Assembly (NCBI GenBank): GCA_963695225.1
Contig: OY968762.1
Span: 1,920,001-1,984,000, forward strand
From: Vulcanimicrobiota bacterium
Lineage (GTDB): Bacteria; Vulcanimicrobiota; Vulcanimicrobiia; Vulcanimicrobiales; Vulcanimicrobiaceae
Direction: 5' to 3'
DNA: 64,000 nt
Shown here: positions 33,506 to 42,569 of the stretch, piece by piece
Position numbering within the stretch: the stretch's first letter is position 1
Layout of the letters: every line of letters begins with the position of its first letter
Notes under the pieces: generated by a model
Database searches by the model: none
What the model saw: only the letters and a program-made list of their open reading frames with translations
What the model was told of the DNA's origin: nothing
Translations under genes and position numbers: made by a program

Positions 33506-33784
33506 TTACTTGGGGAGGTGCGTCAGAAGTTCCGGAACCTTGACGACGACGAGCAGCAAGTAGAAGGCGAGCCCGAGCGCGATGATCGGGAACACTTCCG
33601 CGAGGCCGATGCCGAGGAACATGAACGTGAAGATGTTCGGGCGGGCTTCCGGCTGGCGTGCGATGGCCTCGACGGCCTTCGAGGCGATGACGCCGTCGCC
33701 GACGGCCGATCCGAAGGCAACACCGAGCATGATGATGCCGAAGGAGAGGATCGTCGCCGCTGCGATTAGGGCTTCAGAACTCAA
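33506..33784 (-). CDS. atpE: ATP synthase F0 subunit c
   Basis: ARQPE loop, carboxylate E63 in GLAEVFP. Confidence 0.96.
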   Translation of the reverse strand: MSSEALIAAATILSFGIIMLGVAFGSAVGDGVIASKAVEAIARQPEARPNIFTFMFLGIGLAEVFPIIALGLAFYLLLVVVKVPELLTHLPK

Positions 33785-33816
33785 GGGAATACTTTCCTTT
33801 CCAAGATGGACTACGA

Positions 33817-34548
33817 TTAGTGCTCGTCCGCGACCGCTAGGGACAAGTAGACGATCGAGAGCAAAGTGAAGACGAACGCCTGAACGGTTCCGACGAAGAA
33901 GTTCAGGAACTGGATGATGAACGGCGCGATCGTCGCGGCGATCGAGAGGTTGAAGAACCCGACCATGACCTTCGCGTTGATGATCGAGGCTACGACGACG
34001 AAGAGCAGCTCGCCGACGAAGATGTTGAAGAAGAGGCGCGCGGCCATCGTGATCGGGCGCACCAGCTCGTCGAGGATGTTGACCGGCAACAGCGCGGCGA
34101 AGGGCTGGGCCAGGTGCTTGTAGTGGCCGAGCCCCTTCGCCCGGACCGCAACGACCTGGATCATGATGAAGATCAGGAGCGCGTAGGGCGCCGCGGTGTT
34201 GAGGTCGGCGGTCGGCGAGCCGCCGAACGGCAGCCCGAACAGCTTGAAGGGGATGATCCCGAATTGGTTCATCGCGAAGATGAACAGGAACAGGGCCACG
34301 AAGAACGGCGTGAACGGCTCGGCCTTGCGGCCCAGGACGCCGTAGGCGAGGTCGGCGATGTACGCGATGATGCCTTCGAAGATCGTCTGGATCTTCGTCG
34401 CACGCGGAGAGCTGTAGCTCTTGCCGATCCAGGCCAGGAACGCGAGCACGACGACCATCGCGATCCAGGTCGTCAACACGGTGTCCGCGTGCACGGTTCC
34501 GACGACCGGCACGTTCCAGACACTATGGGCGCCTATCTCTTCTTGCAA
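33817..34548 (-). CDS. atpB: ATP synthase F0 subunit a
   Basis: PTADLN, RPITMAARLFFNI, VQAFVFTLL. Confidence 0.95.
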   Translation of the reverse strand: MQEEIGAHSVWNVPVVGTVHADTVLTTWIAMVVVLAFLAWIGKSYSSPRATKIQTIFEGIIAYIADLAYGVLGRKAEPFTPFFVALFLFIFAMNQFGIIPFKLFGLPFGGSPTADLNTAAPYALLIFIMIQVVAVRAKGLGHYKHLAQPFAALLPVNILDELVRPITMAARLFFNIFVGELLFVVVASIINAKVMVGFFNLSIAATIAPFIIQFLNFFVGTVQAFVFTLLSIVYLSLAVADEH

Positions 34549-34560
34549 CTATCTATCCGC

Positions 34561-34968
34561 TCACAGGGCCCGCGCGACGCTGATGGCGTACAGCGCGAGG
34601 GGCAAAAAGAATCCGCAGAAATAGAACGCCATCGTCCACCAGGGACCATGGAGCGCAAACTCCACGGGTACTATACCGAAGACGCAGATTCGCAGAACAC
34701 TACTTAAGGCGAAAATGACGATACTCCGGTTGTCGATTAATCGTTCGTTCCCGCGCATTGCGAGCAATGCGTTGGCGACCCCGCACAAGCCACCGAAGGC
34801 CAGGGCGACGGCGCCGATAGGAGACCACCCCGCGATGGGGATGGCCGCCACGGTCACGAGGACAAGCGACCAAACGCTGATCGACCTCTTACGCGCGTAA
34901 TACGCGCGTAACTCAGCCTCTTCAGCGGCGCTTCCCGTCTTAGGGCCCTCTGGAATCGAACCCTGCAA
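34561..34968 (-). CDS. atpI: ATP synthase protein I-like 4-TM protein; start approximate
   Basis: Four hydrophobic segments (GGLCGVAN), immediately upstream of atpB; TTG after GGCGGAG. Confidence 0.7.
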   Translation of the reverse strand: MQGSIPEGPKTGSAAEEAELRAYYARKRSISVWSLVLVTVAAIPIAGWSPIGAVALAFGGLCGVANALLAMRGNERLIDNRSIVIFALSSVLRICVFGIVPVEFALHGPWWTMAFYFCGFFLPLALYAISVARAL

Positions 34969-34976
34969 GGCTCCGC

Positions 34977-36134
34977 CTATGCCGCCCGAAACTCGTCGGG
35001 TTCGGCTTCGCTGCGCAGGCGCGCGAGGAGCCAGGCGACGATCCGCTCGGAGGCGTGCCCGTCTCCGTACGGATTGTTCGCCCTCGACATCCGGGCGTAG
35101 ACGGCGCGGTCGGAAAGCAGTTCGGCCGCCGCAGCGACGATCGTCCCCGGGTCGGCGCCGACGAGGCGCAACGTCCCGGCGGCGATCCCCTCGGGCCGCT
35201 CCGTCTCGTCGCGCATGACGAGGACCGGCTTGCCCAGGCACGGGGCTTCCTCTTGGAGCCCGCCGCTGTCCGTGAGGACGAACGTCGAGCGGCCGATCGA
35301 GCGAACCGTCGTATCGTACCCCAGCGGGGCGACGAGCCGGACGCCCTCGAGCCCGCCGAGCACTTCCCGCGCGAGGGGCGCAACGCGCGGCGACGGGTGG
35401 ACTGGCCAGAGGATCTGGGGCCTTGCGGGCAGGCCCGCGATCGACCGCAGCGCCTCGCAGATGCCGCGCATGCGGTCGTGGTTCTCGCGCCGATGCGCCG
35501 TGACGAAGATCAGCGGCCGGGCCGGGTCCAAGCCCGCCCACTCCGGCGGCTCCCCCGAGTACGCGCGCCGGGCCGTCGCCTGGAACGCGTCGATGACGGT
35601 GTTCCCGGTCACGAAGATGTCCGGGGCGGGGACGTTCTCGGCCTCGAGGTTCGCCCTGGCCTGCGCCGTCGGGGAGAAATGGTAGCTCGCAATCCGCCCG
35701 GTGAGCCGGCGGTTCATCTCTTCGGGGAAGGGCTCCCAGCGCGTATGCGTCCGCAGCCCCGCCTCGACGTGCCCGACGGGGATCTTCGCATAGAAGGCGG
35801 CGAGCGCCGCGGCGGTGCTCGTCGAGGTGTCGCCGTGGACGAGAACGACGTCCGGCCGGGCACGCTCGAGGACGGGCTCCATCCCGGCCAGCACGCTCGT
35901 CGTGATCTGGGTCAGCGTTTGGTCGGGGCGCATGATATCGAGATCGTACGCGGGCTCGATCGAAAAGAGCGCGAGAAGATCGTCGAGCATCTGACGGTGC
36001 TGGGCCGTCACGCATACGATCGGTTCGACTGCGGGCCCCGCTGCCTCCAGCGCACGAACGACCGGCGCCATCTTGATCGTGTCGGGGCGCGTCCCGAAGA
36101 CCGTCATCACGCGCAGCGGACGATATGAACTCAC
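34977..36134 (-). CDS. wecB: UDP-N-acetylglucosamine 2-epimerase (non-hydrolysing)
   Basis: VFGTRPD, VHGDT, HVEAGLR, PEEMNR, TAHRREN, TDSGGLQEEA, NPYGDG. Confidence 0.96.
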   Translation of the reverse strand: MSSYRPLRVMTVFGTRPDTIKMAPVVRALEAAGPAVEPIVCVTAQHRQMLDDLLALFSIEPAYDLDIMRPDQTLTQITTSVLAGMEPVLERARPDVVLVHGDTSTSTAAALAAFYAKIPVGHVEAGLRTHTRWEPFPEEMNRRLTGRIASYHFSPTAQARANLEAENVPAPDIFVTGNTVIDAFQATARRAYSGEPPEWAGLDPARPLIFVTAHRRENHDRMRGICEALRSIAGLPARPQILWPVHPSPRVAPLAREVLGGLEGVRLVAPLGYDTTVRSIGRSTFVLTDSGGLQEEAPCLGKPVLVMRDETERPEGIAAGTLRLVGADPGTIVAAAAELLSDRAVYARMSRANNPYGDGHASERIVAWLLARLRSEAEPDEFRAA

Positions 36135-36156
36135 GGGCGCGCTCTTTCGGGTTACA

Positions 36157-36510
36157 TCAGGTCCACTCCCCGGCCCAGCGCTCGATCTCCGCAATGATGC
36201 CGCTGAGCGACTCGCCTTTCGGCGTGAGATGGTACTCGACGCGAACCGGCCGGTCCGCGATCACGGTCCGCCGGACGAGCCCGGTCTCTTCGAACTCGCG
36301 CAGGCGCTCGGAGAGCATCTTGTCGGTAAGCGCCGGGATCGCTTCGCGCAGATCGCTGAAGCGGATGACGCCGTGCTGCAGCGCGCGCAGGATCGCTCCG
36401 GACCAGCGGCGGCCGATCAGTTCGACGGCCGAGGTAAAGCGCGGACAGAACGCCTCGTCTTGGGCAGGCGTCTTTTGGGAATCGGTTGGGGGAGTTGAAA
36501 CCTTGCTCAC
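36157..36510 (-). CDS. HxlR-family winged-helix regulator
   Basis: FCP...VELIGRRW, RFSDL, KMLSERLRE, VEYHLTPKG. Confidence 0.92.
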   Translation of the reverse strand: MSKVSTPPTDSQKTPAQDEAFCPRFTSAVELIGRRWSGAILRALQHGVIRFSDLREAIPALTDKMLSERLREFEETGLVRRTVIADRPVRVEYHLTPKGESLSGIIAEIERWAGEWT

Positions 36511-36530
36511 TTTTAGATAGTATTATACCA
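36508..36530 (-). promoter_or_regulatory. Extended -10 TGgTATAAT and a CACT-N7-AGTA HxlR-type operator overlapping the hxlR start codon
   Basis: Plus strand cacttttagatagtattatacca; perfect TATAAT 12 nt upstream of the GTG. Confidence 0.6.
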
Positions 36531-36615
36531 TTCGTAGAGCAACTAGCAAATAGGCTGGACTGAGATCCCTGCTCGGCTCACCTTTTGACCATCTTACCAT
36601 CCGAGGAGAATATCC

Positions 36616-37158
36616 ATGACAACGCTCACAACCGAGACCTACGCGATCGATCCGACCCATTCCGGCGTCGAGTTCTCCGTCCGCCACCTGATGATCTCGA
36701 AGGTCCGGGGCCGCTTCAGCGGCGTTGCCGGAACCATCGAGATCCCGGCGGGCGGCTCCGTGCCGACGTCCGTTCAGGCGGAGATCGACGTCGCATCGAT
36801 CGACACCCGCGAAGCCCAGCGGGACGGGCACCTGAAATCCCCCGACTTCTTCCATGCAGAGGACTTCCCGAAGATCCGCTTCACGAGCACCAAGATCGAG
36901 AGCAAGGGCGGCGACCGCCTCGAGATCGCCGGTAATCTCGAGATCCGCGGGACCACGCATCCCGTCACGATCGACGGCGCGTTCGAAGGCCGGGCGAAGG
37001 ACCCGTGGGGGAACGATCGCCTCGCGCTCAGCGGTTCGGCGCGGATCAACCGCAAGGACTTCGGCCTCGTCTGGAACCAGGGTCTCGAAAGCGGCGGCGT
37101 CCTCGTCGGCGACACGGTCGACATCACGCTCGAAATCGAAGCCGTAGCCAAGAAATAG
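36616..37158 (+). CDS. YceI-family (polyisoprenoid-binding) protein
   Basis: IDPTHSGVEFSVRH, RDGHLKSPDFF, INRKDFG; GAGGAG RBS. Confidence 0.95.
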   Translation: MTTLTTETYAIDPTHSGVEFSVRHLMISKVRGRFSGVAGTIEIPAGGSVPTSVQAEIDVASIDTREAQRDGHLKSPDFFHAEDFPKIRFTSTKIESKGGDRLEIAGNLEIRGTTHPVTIDGAFEGRAKDPWGNDRLALSGSARINRKDFGLVWNQGLESGGVLVGDTVDITLEIEAVAKK

Positions 37159-37171
37159 TCGCAACCGGAGC

Positions 37172-37199
37172 AGCGGGCGCCGCCCCGGCGGCGTCCGCT
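37172..37199. terminator. Hairpin between convergent yceI and tagO-like genes
   Basis: agcgggcgccgcc...ggcggcgtccgct inverted repeat. Confidence 0.5.
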
Positions 37200-38215
37200 T
37201 AAACCGAGCCCGCGATTTTCAGCGGATGCGAGAAGCCGCCGGCGAGCGCGTAGGCGGCGATGCCGAGAAAGAACGTGACGGCGTAGATCAGCAGCACGGC
37301 CTGGCGGACGTTCAGCCCGAATTGGAAGACCAGGACGTGATGGATGTGCCCGCGATCCGCTTCGTAGAACTTGCGCCCGGCCCGGGTGCGGCGGACGATC
37401 GCGGCGGCGATGTCGACGACCGGGAGCGCGAGCGCGAGGAGCGGAACGGCGAGGCTGACCGTCAGCGCCGTCTTGCTCGTCGTCAGGACGCCGACCGTCG
37501 CGAGCATGTAGCCGATGAAGAGCGAGCCCGTGTCGCCGAGGATGATCGAGGCCGGATTGAAGTTGTAACGCAGGAAGCCGAGCGTGCCGCCGACCAGCGC
37601 GCACAGCACGAGCGCCGCGACGTCGTAATGGTGCGAGACCGCGATCAGGAACAGAAAGAAGCCCGAGATCGCGGTGAAGCCGGAGAGCAACCCGTCGAGG
37701 CCGTCGAGAAAGTTGATCGCGTTCATGATCCCGAGGTACCAGAGCAGCGTGATCGGGACCGCGAAATAGATCGGGAAGCCGAAATACTCGCCGTCGCGGA
37801 ACGGATTCTCAACCGACGTGATCGTGAAACCGTAGCTCATCGAGACGAGCGCGACGACGATCTGCGCGAGGAATTTCCCGCGCGGCGAGATCGAGACGAC
37901 GTCGTCCCACACGCCGAAGATCAAGATCAGCGTTCCGCCGAACAACAGGCCGAGGAAGCGGTTGAGATCGTGGACGTCGTGGAACAGCGGCGTGTATTGG
38001 ATCGCGTAGCCGAGCGTCGCGAACAGCGCGAACGCGAAGCCCAAGTACACGGCGAGACCGCCGATGCGCGGCTTCGGGTCGGCGTGCATGCGCCGGTCGC
38101 CCGTCTGATCGAGCATTCCGACGTGCAGCGCGAGCCGCCGCACGTACGGGGTCACGAGGAGCGTCGTCCCCGCTGCGATGAGGAGCGCGGCCGCGTAGAG
38201 ATAGGCGAGTCTCAC
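37199..38215 (-). CDS. Undecaprenyl-phosphate GlcNAc-1-phosphate transferase (WecA/TagO)
   Basis: PRIGGLA, GVWDD, NAINFLDGLDGL, YNFNPASIILGDTG, DRGHIHH. Confidence 0.94.
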   Translation of the reverse strand: MRLAYLYAAALLIAAGTTLLVTPYVRRLALHVGMLDQTGDRRMHADPKPRIGGLAVYLGFAFALFATLGYAIQYTPLFHDVHDLNRFLGLLFGGTLILIFGVWDDVVSISPRGKFLAQIVVALVSMSYGFTITSVENPFRDGEYFGFPIYFAVPITLLWYLGIMNAINFLDGLDGLLSGFTAISGFFLFLIAVSHHYDVAALVLCALVGGTLGFLRYNFNPASIILGDTGSLFIGYMLATVGVLTTSKTALTVSLAVPLLALALPVVDIAAAIVRRTRAGRKFYEADRGHIHHVLVFQFGLNVRQAVLLIYAVTFFLGIAAYALAGGFSHPLKIAGSV

Positions 38216-38664
38216 GCGCGGGCCCCGGCCGGATCGAGCGCCGCGAAGTGCACGACGGCGACGCCGGCCTCGGCCAAGAGCAGCGCCGCATGTTCGTCGG
38301 GGTACTGTTGATCGTAGACGATCCGCATCACGCCCGCGCTGATCAACAACTTCGAGCAACCGACGCACGGCTGGTGCGTCGTGTACGCCGTCGCGCCTTC
38401 TAGGCTGATGCCGTGCAGCGCCCCTTGCACGATCGCGTTCGCTTCGGCGTGCGTCGCGCGGATGCAATGCCCGTTCACCATCTCGCAGCCGACGTCCGTG
38501 CAGTGCGCCACGCGGCGCGGCGCACCGTTGTAGCCGGTCGTCAGGATGCGATGGTCCCGCACCAGCACCGCTCCGACGCCGGCGCGGGGGCAGGTCGCCC
38601 GCGTCGCAACGGTCCGTGCGATCTGCATGAAATACTCGTCCCAGCCGGGTCTCATCGAGTGCAT
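38212..38664 (-). CDS. dCMP deaminase (ComEB-like)
   Basis: RPGWDEYFM, RATC, TGYNG, HAEANA, PCVGC. Confidence 0.94.
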   Translation of the reverse strand: MHSMRPGWDEYFMQIARTVATRATCPRAGVGAVLVRDHRILTTGYNGAPRRVAHCTDVGCEMVNGHCIRATHAEANAIVQGALHGISLEGATAYTTHQPCVGCSKLLISAGVMRIVYDQQYPDEHAALLLAEAGVAVVHFAALDPAGARA

Positions 38665-38682
38665 CGTTCGCGAACGGCCCGG

Positions 38683-39351
38683 CTACGCCCCGCGCGGGGT
38701 CGCGCGCACCGAAACCGGGACGGAACTCGTGCTGCCGAACATTCGGTCGCCGGCATCGCCGAGGCCCGGAACGATGTAGCCGTGCTCGTTGAGCCGCTCG
38801 TCGATCGCCGCCGTGACGATGCGAACGTCCGGGAACGCGGCGCGGAGCGTCGCGATCCCGGACGGTGCGGCGATCGCGCAGACGAACGAGAGCCGCACGG
38901 CCCCGCGCAGAGCGAGCACGCCGAGCGCGGCCGAGCCCGAGTGCCCCGTCGCCAACATCGGGTCGACCACGAAGACGTCGCGCGCGCTCAGATCGTCGGG
39001 GAGGTTCGCGTAGTAGGGGATCGCCTCGAGCGTCGCGGGGTCCCGGTAGAACCCCAGGTGCGCGACGACCGCGTCGTCGATGACCGCGAGGAACCCCGGC
39101 AAGAGGCCGAGTCCGGCGCGCAGGATCGGGGCGACGACGGGGCGAGTCGCGATGCGGCGCTCCGAGGCGAGCGCGAGCGGGGTCTGCACCTCTTTGCGCT
39201 GCGTCTCAAGGTCCCGGGTCGCCTCGTAGGCGAGGAACAGGCCGAGTTCCTCGAGGAGCCGCCGGAACACCGGGGTCGGGGTCGCATGATCCCGCAGGCG
39301 CGCGAGCCGGTCGGCGACGGCCGGATGATCGACCACCAGCGTTCGTTCCAC
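38683..39351 (-). CDS. upp: Uracil phosphoribosyltransferase
   Basis: PILRAGLG, VDPMLATGHS, YIVPGLGDAGDR. Confidence 0.96.
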   Translation of the reverse strand: MERTLVVDHPAVADRLARLRDHATPTPVFRRLLEELGLFLAYEATRDLETQRKEVQTPLALASERRIATRPVVAPILRAGLGLLPGFLAVIDDAVVAHLGFYRDPATLEAIPYYANLPDDLSARDVFVVDPMLATGHSGSAALGVLALRGAVRLSFVCAIAAPSGIATLRAAFPDVRIVTAAIDERLNEHGYIVPGLGDAGDRMFGSTSSVPVSVRATPRGA

Positions 39352-39601
39352 GCCGCGGGCTTATCTGAGGACGACGAAAAGCCCCGCCGGAGCGGCGGAG
39401 GAGTGCACGGGCAGCGTCGACCGCCAGCGCGGCGGTAAAGACGAACAGGAACGACGCCCCGTAGGACTCGTGCAGGACGAGCGCGCCCACCACGGCGAGC
39501 ACGCCGGCGAGCGCCGCGTTTCGAGCGAGCGCCGCCAGCGCGCGCCGCGCCGCCTCCGCCGCCCCGCGTCCGACGGCGACCGGATCGGGAGCCTGCATCA
39601 T
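39206..39601 (-). CDS. Small 2-TM hypothetical protein; 3' end overlaps upp and is uncertain
   Basis: ATGA-coupled to the upstream ORF; two hydrophobic segments; the tail runs 146 nt into upp. Confidence 0.45.
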   Translation of the reverse strand: MMQAPDPVAVGRGAAEAARRALAALARNAALAGVLAVVGALVLHESYGASFLFVFTAALAVDAARALLRRSGGAFRRPQISPRRGTNAGGRSSGRRRPARAPAGSCDPDPGVPAAPRGTRPVPRLRGDPGP

Positions 39602-40179
39602 CTCGCCGCGGCGCTCCCGGCCTGCGCATCCGTGGCATCGGCAGCCGGGTGGGGATGCCCGATCCGTTCGTGCAGTGCGCCGAGCGCGCGATGCGCGAGC
39701 TCGCCGGCCGCGCCGATGACGATCGTCTCCTTCGCCTTATCGACGAAGGCGGAGCGCGTGAACTGGGCCGCGGCCTCCCCGAGGCGCGCCGGATCGGCGA
39801 GCGTTCCGGCGGCGGAGCGCGCCGCCGCTCCCGAGGAATCCAGGAACGCGCGCGCGGCCTGCCCGACGAAGCCCGCGACCGCGCGACCGGCACTCTGAAG
39901 CGCCCCGCCGAACGCGCGCCCCGCGAGGCCGGCGGCCGCGCCCTCCCCAGCCTCGCCGGCCGCAAGGCCGAGCGGCGCCAGGACTTCCGGGGCGGCGATC
40001 CCGGCTACCACGGCCGCCGCCGCCAACGCAGGTTGCGGATTGCGAACGCCGTCGCTCGCATAACGGGAGCCGGCCGCCTGCTGGGCGCGAGCCAGCCGTT
40101 CCCGCTGTTCCGGGGTCGGGGCCGGCAGCGTGGCCGGGTCGTACGGGCGCATGACCGGCGTCAAGTCCGTCGTAGCCAT
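39598..40179 (-). CDS. Ala/Gly-rich hypothetical protein
   Basis: AAAGGAG RBS before ATG at 40179; central hydrophobic Gly/Ala segment. Confidence 0.65.
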   Translation of the reverse strand: MATTDLTPVMRPYDPATLPAPTPEQRERLARAQQAAGSRYASDGVRNPQPALAAAAVVAGIAAPEVLAPLGLAAGEAGEGAAAGLAGRAFGGALQSAGRAVAGFVGQAARAFLDSSGAAARSAAGTLADPARLGEAAAQFTRSAFVDKAKETIVIGAAGELAHRALGALHERIGHPHPAADATDAQAGSAAAR

Positions 40180-40276
40180 TCGTGCGGTGCTCCTTTCGCA
40201 AGCGTCGTGCACCGCACCATCACGCGTTCGCCCCCGCCCACTAGCCCGCAGCCTCAGCCTTCGCCGGGCTCAGACT

Positions 40277-40561
40277 GTCAGACTGATAGGTAGCGTCCGG
40301 GTCGGGGCGGGGTTTCTCCGCGGGGCGTGCAGCTTTCCGGCGGAGCCATGGATGGCGGGGGGGGCTCCACGCGCTTTGCGTGTGGGGGGCGCGGAGCCGT
40401 AGGCGGAGCGCCTGTTCAACTCAGTGGGCCCCCGCGCTGCGTAGCAGCGTGGGAGCACGTGCACGAGTAGCCGTTTCGCATGGATGCGAAACGGCGGGCG
40501 TCCCCGCGGAGGAACCCCGCCCCGACCCGGACGCGGGCCACGAGCGCAGGCTTAGTCTGAC
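40277..40561 (+). repeat. Nested-palindrome element (MITE/REP-like or structured ncRNA)
   Basis: 33-bp IR 40293-40325 / 40502-40534 (1 mismatch), outer 10-bp IR 40277-40286 / 40552-40561, at least four internal hairpins. Confidence 0.8.
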
Positions 40562-40578
40562 GAGGGGCAGCTACGGCG

Positions 40579-41826
40579 CTACGGCAAGTCGTAACGCGAG
40601 GTCAGCTCCGCTACGCGCGCGCGTAACGCCTCTTGCTTTTCGCGCCGGCCGATGTCGTCGAGCCCTTCGGCGATGATCTTGCCGATCTCGCGAGCTTCGT
40701 CGAGCCCCATCCCGCGCGTCGTGACCGCGGGCGTTCCGATGCGGATGCCGCTCGTGATCCCCGGCTTCTGTTGGTCGAACGGGATCGCGTTCTTGTTGAC
40801 CGTCACGTGAATCTCGTCGAGGTACGCCTCGACCGCTTTCCCCGTCAAGCCCTTCGGCGTGAGATCGACGAGCAGCAGATGCGTGTCGGTTCCGCCGCCG
40901 ACGAGCCGCGCCCCCGCCCGCAGCAGCTCCTCGCCGAGAGCGCGCGCGTTCTCGAGCACCTGCTGCTGATACGCCTTGAAGTCCGGCTGGAGCGCCTCGC
41001 CGAACGCGACGGCCTTCGCCGCGATCGTGTGCATGAACGGACCGCCCTGGATGCCCGGGAAGACCGCCTTGTCGAGCGCCTGCGCGTGCTGCACCTTCGT
41101 CAGCACGAGCCCGCCGCGCGGGCCGCGCAGCGTCTTGTGCGTCGTCGTCGTCACGAAATCGGCGTACGGGACGGGCGAGGGATGCAAGCCGACGGCGACG
41201 AGCCCCGCGATGTGCGCCATGTCGACCATGAAGAGCGCGCCGACTTCGTCCGCGATCTCGCGAAACGGAGCGTACTCCATCGTGCGCGGATAGGCGCTCG
41301 CCCCGGCGACGATCAGTTTCGGCTTGTGCTCGCGCGCGAGCGCGCGGACCTCGTCGAAATCGATCAGCTCGGTATCGCGCCGCACGCCGTACGCGAACGC
41401 TTGAAAGTACTTTCCGCTGAACGTGATCTTCGCGCCGTGCGTCAAGTGCCCGCCGTGGGGGAGCGCGAGTCCCATGATCGCATCGCCGGGTTGCAGCACC
41501 GCGAAGAAGACCGCCGTGTTCGCCTGGGCGCCCGCGTGCGGCTGCACGTTCGCATGCTCCGCCGCGAAGAGCCGCTTCGCGCGGTCGATCGCGATCCGTT
41601 CTGCGATATCTACGAACTCGCAGCCGCCGTAGTAGCGCTTCCCCGGGTAACCTTCCGCGTATTTGTTCGTCAACCGGCTGCCTTGCGCTTCGCGCACTGC
41701 GGCGCTCGCGTAGTTTTCCGACGCGATCAGCTCGAGGTTCTCGCGCAAACGCCGGTTCTCGCCGTCGATCGCGGCGTAGACCTCCGGGTCCGCGGCGGCA
41801 AGCAAGGTCGGGTCGAGCGTCTGCAT
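40579..41826 (-). CDS. glyA: Serine hydroxymethyltransferase
   Basis: [44 protein letters not shown]. Confidence 0.98.
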   Translation of the reverse strand: MQTLDPTLLAAADPEVYAAIDGENRRLRENLELIASENYASAAVREAQGSRLTNKYAEGYPGKRYYGGCEFVDIAERIAIDRAKRLFAAEHANVQPHAGAQANTAVFFAVLQPGDAIMGLALPHGGHLTHGAKITFSGKYFQAFAYGVRRDTELIDFDEVRALAREHKPKLIVAGASAYPRTMEYAPFREIADEVGALFMVDMAHIAGLVAVGLHPSPVPYADFVTTTTHKTLRGPRGGLVLTKVQHAQALDKAVFPGIQGGPFMHTIAAKAVAFGEALQPDFKAYQQQVLENARALGEELLRAGARLVGGGTDTHLLLVDLTPKGLTGKAVEAYLDEIHVTVNKNAIPFDQQKPGITSGIRIGTPAVTTRGMGLDEAREIGKIIAEGLDDIGRREKQEALRARVAELTSRYDLP

Positions 41827-41958
41827 GGGTGCGAAGGTCCTCATCGGGGCGCGGAACAGCGTTCCGCCGGTGGCCAGGCCCGGGTCCTTCGACGCCCCCG
41901 CCGGGGGGACCGTTAGCAGCAAGCGGCGGCGAAACCCGCCCGGCGAACCGTCCTCGCG

Positions 41959-42468
41959 CTACGCCGGGGCCTTCGGCGTCTCGGCGCCGGTGACGACGCC
42001 GCGCGCGACGTCGGCGGCGGCCTTAGCCTGCGCGGCCCCGTCGTACGCGAGCTTCGCGGCACGCGGCGCGTGCCGGCCGCCCTCGAACGGCGTCTCCAAG
42101 AAGACCGAGACCAGGCGTTCGATCATCTCCCAACCCGTGATGCGTTCGCTGAGCGCGAGCACGTTCGCGTCGTTGTGCCGGCGCGAGAGTTCCGTGACGA
42201 GCGGTTCGAACGCGACCGCGCAACGGATGCCCGGAACTTTGTTCGCGGCGATCGCGATCCCGATGCTCGAGCCGCAGACGACGATGCCGCGGTCCGCGAG
42301 ACCGCTCGCAACCGCCTGCCCCACGGCAAATCCGTAATCGGGATAGTCGACTGCCGCGGGGCCGTGCGTGCCGAAATCGAGGACCGTGTAGCCGCGCGCC
42401 CCGAGTTCCTCGACGAGGCGATCTTTGTACGAGTAGCCGGCATGGTCTGCAGCGAGCGCGATCTTCAC
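41959..42468 (-). CDS. rpiB: Ribose-5-phosphate isomerase B
   Basis: ADHAG, DYPD, VCGSSIG, ANKVPGIR, HNDANVL, FEGGRH. Confidence 0.95.
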   Translation of the reverse strand: MKIALAADHAGYSYKDRLVEELGARGYTVLDFGTHGPAAVDYPDYGFAVGQAVASGLADRGIVVCGSSIGIAIAANKVPGIRCAVAFEPLVTELSRRHNDANVLALSERITGWEMIERLVSVFLETPFEGGRHAPRAAKLAYDGAAQAKAAADVARGVVTGAETPKAPA

Positions 42469-42569
42469 GAAGGTCCTTTTCCTCGGAGCGAACGGATTGC
42501 CGGAATCGTACCACATCGCGCCTCGCCGGCGAGCAGGCGGTCGCGCCGGGGCCACGAAGCGCGATTGCG

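Noticed and set aside
34600..34780. Lower-GC patch suggesting foreign DNA
   Set aside because: Lies inside atpI in its expected position; more likely TM codons or an internal promoter
40270..40676. Short ORFs across the palindromic element; CRISPR interpretation
   Set aside because: No RBS or coding signal; the repeats are inverted, not spaced direct repeats, and there are no cas genes
41827..41958. Possible ZTP or glycine riboswitch upstream of glyA
   Set aside because: GC-rich hairpins are present, but I could not find the consensus motifs
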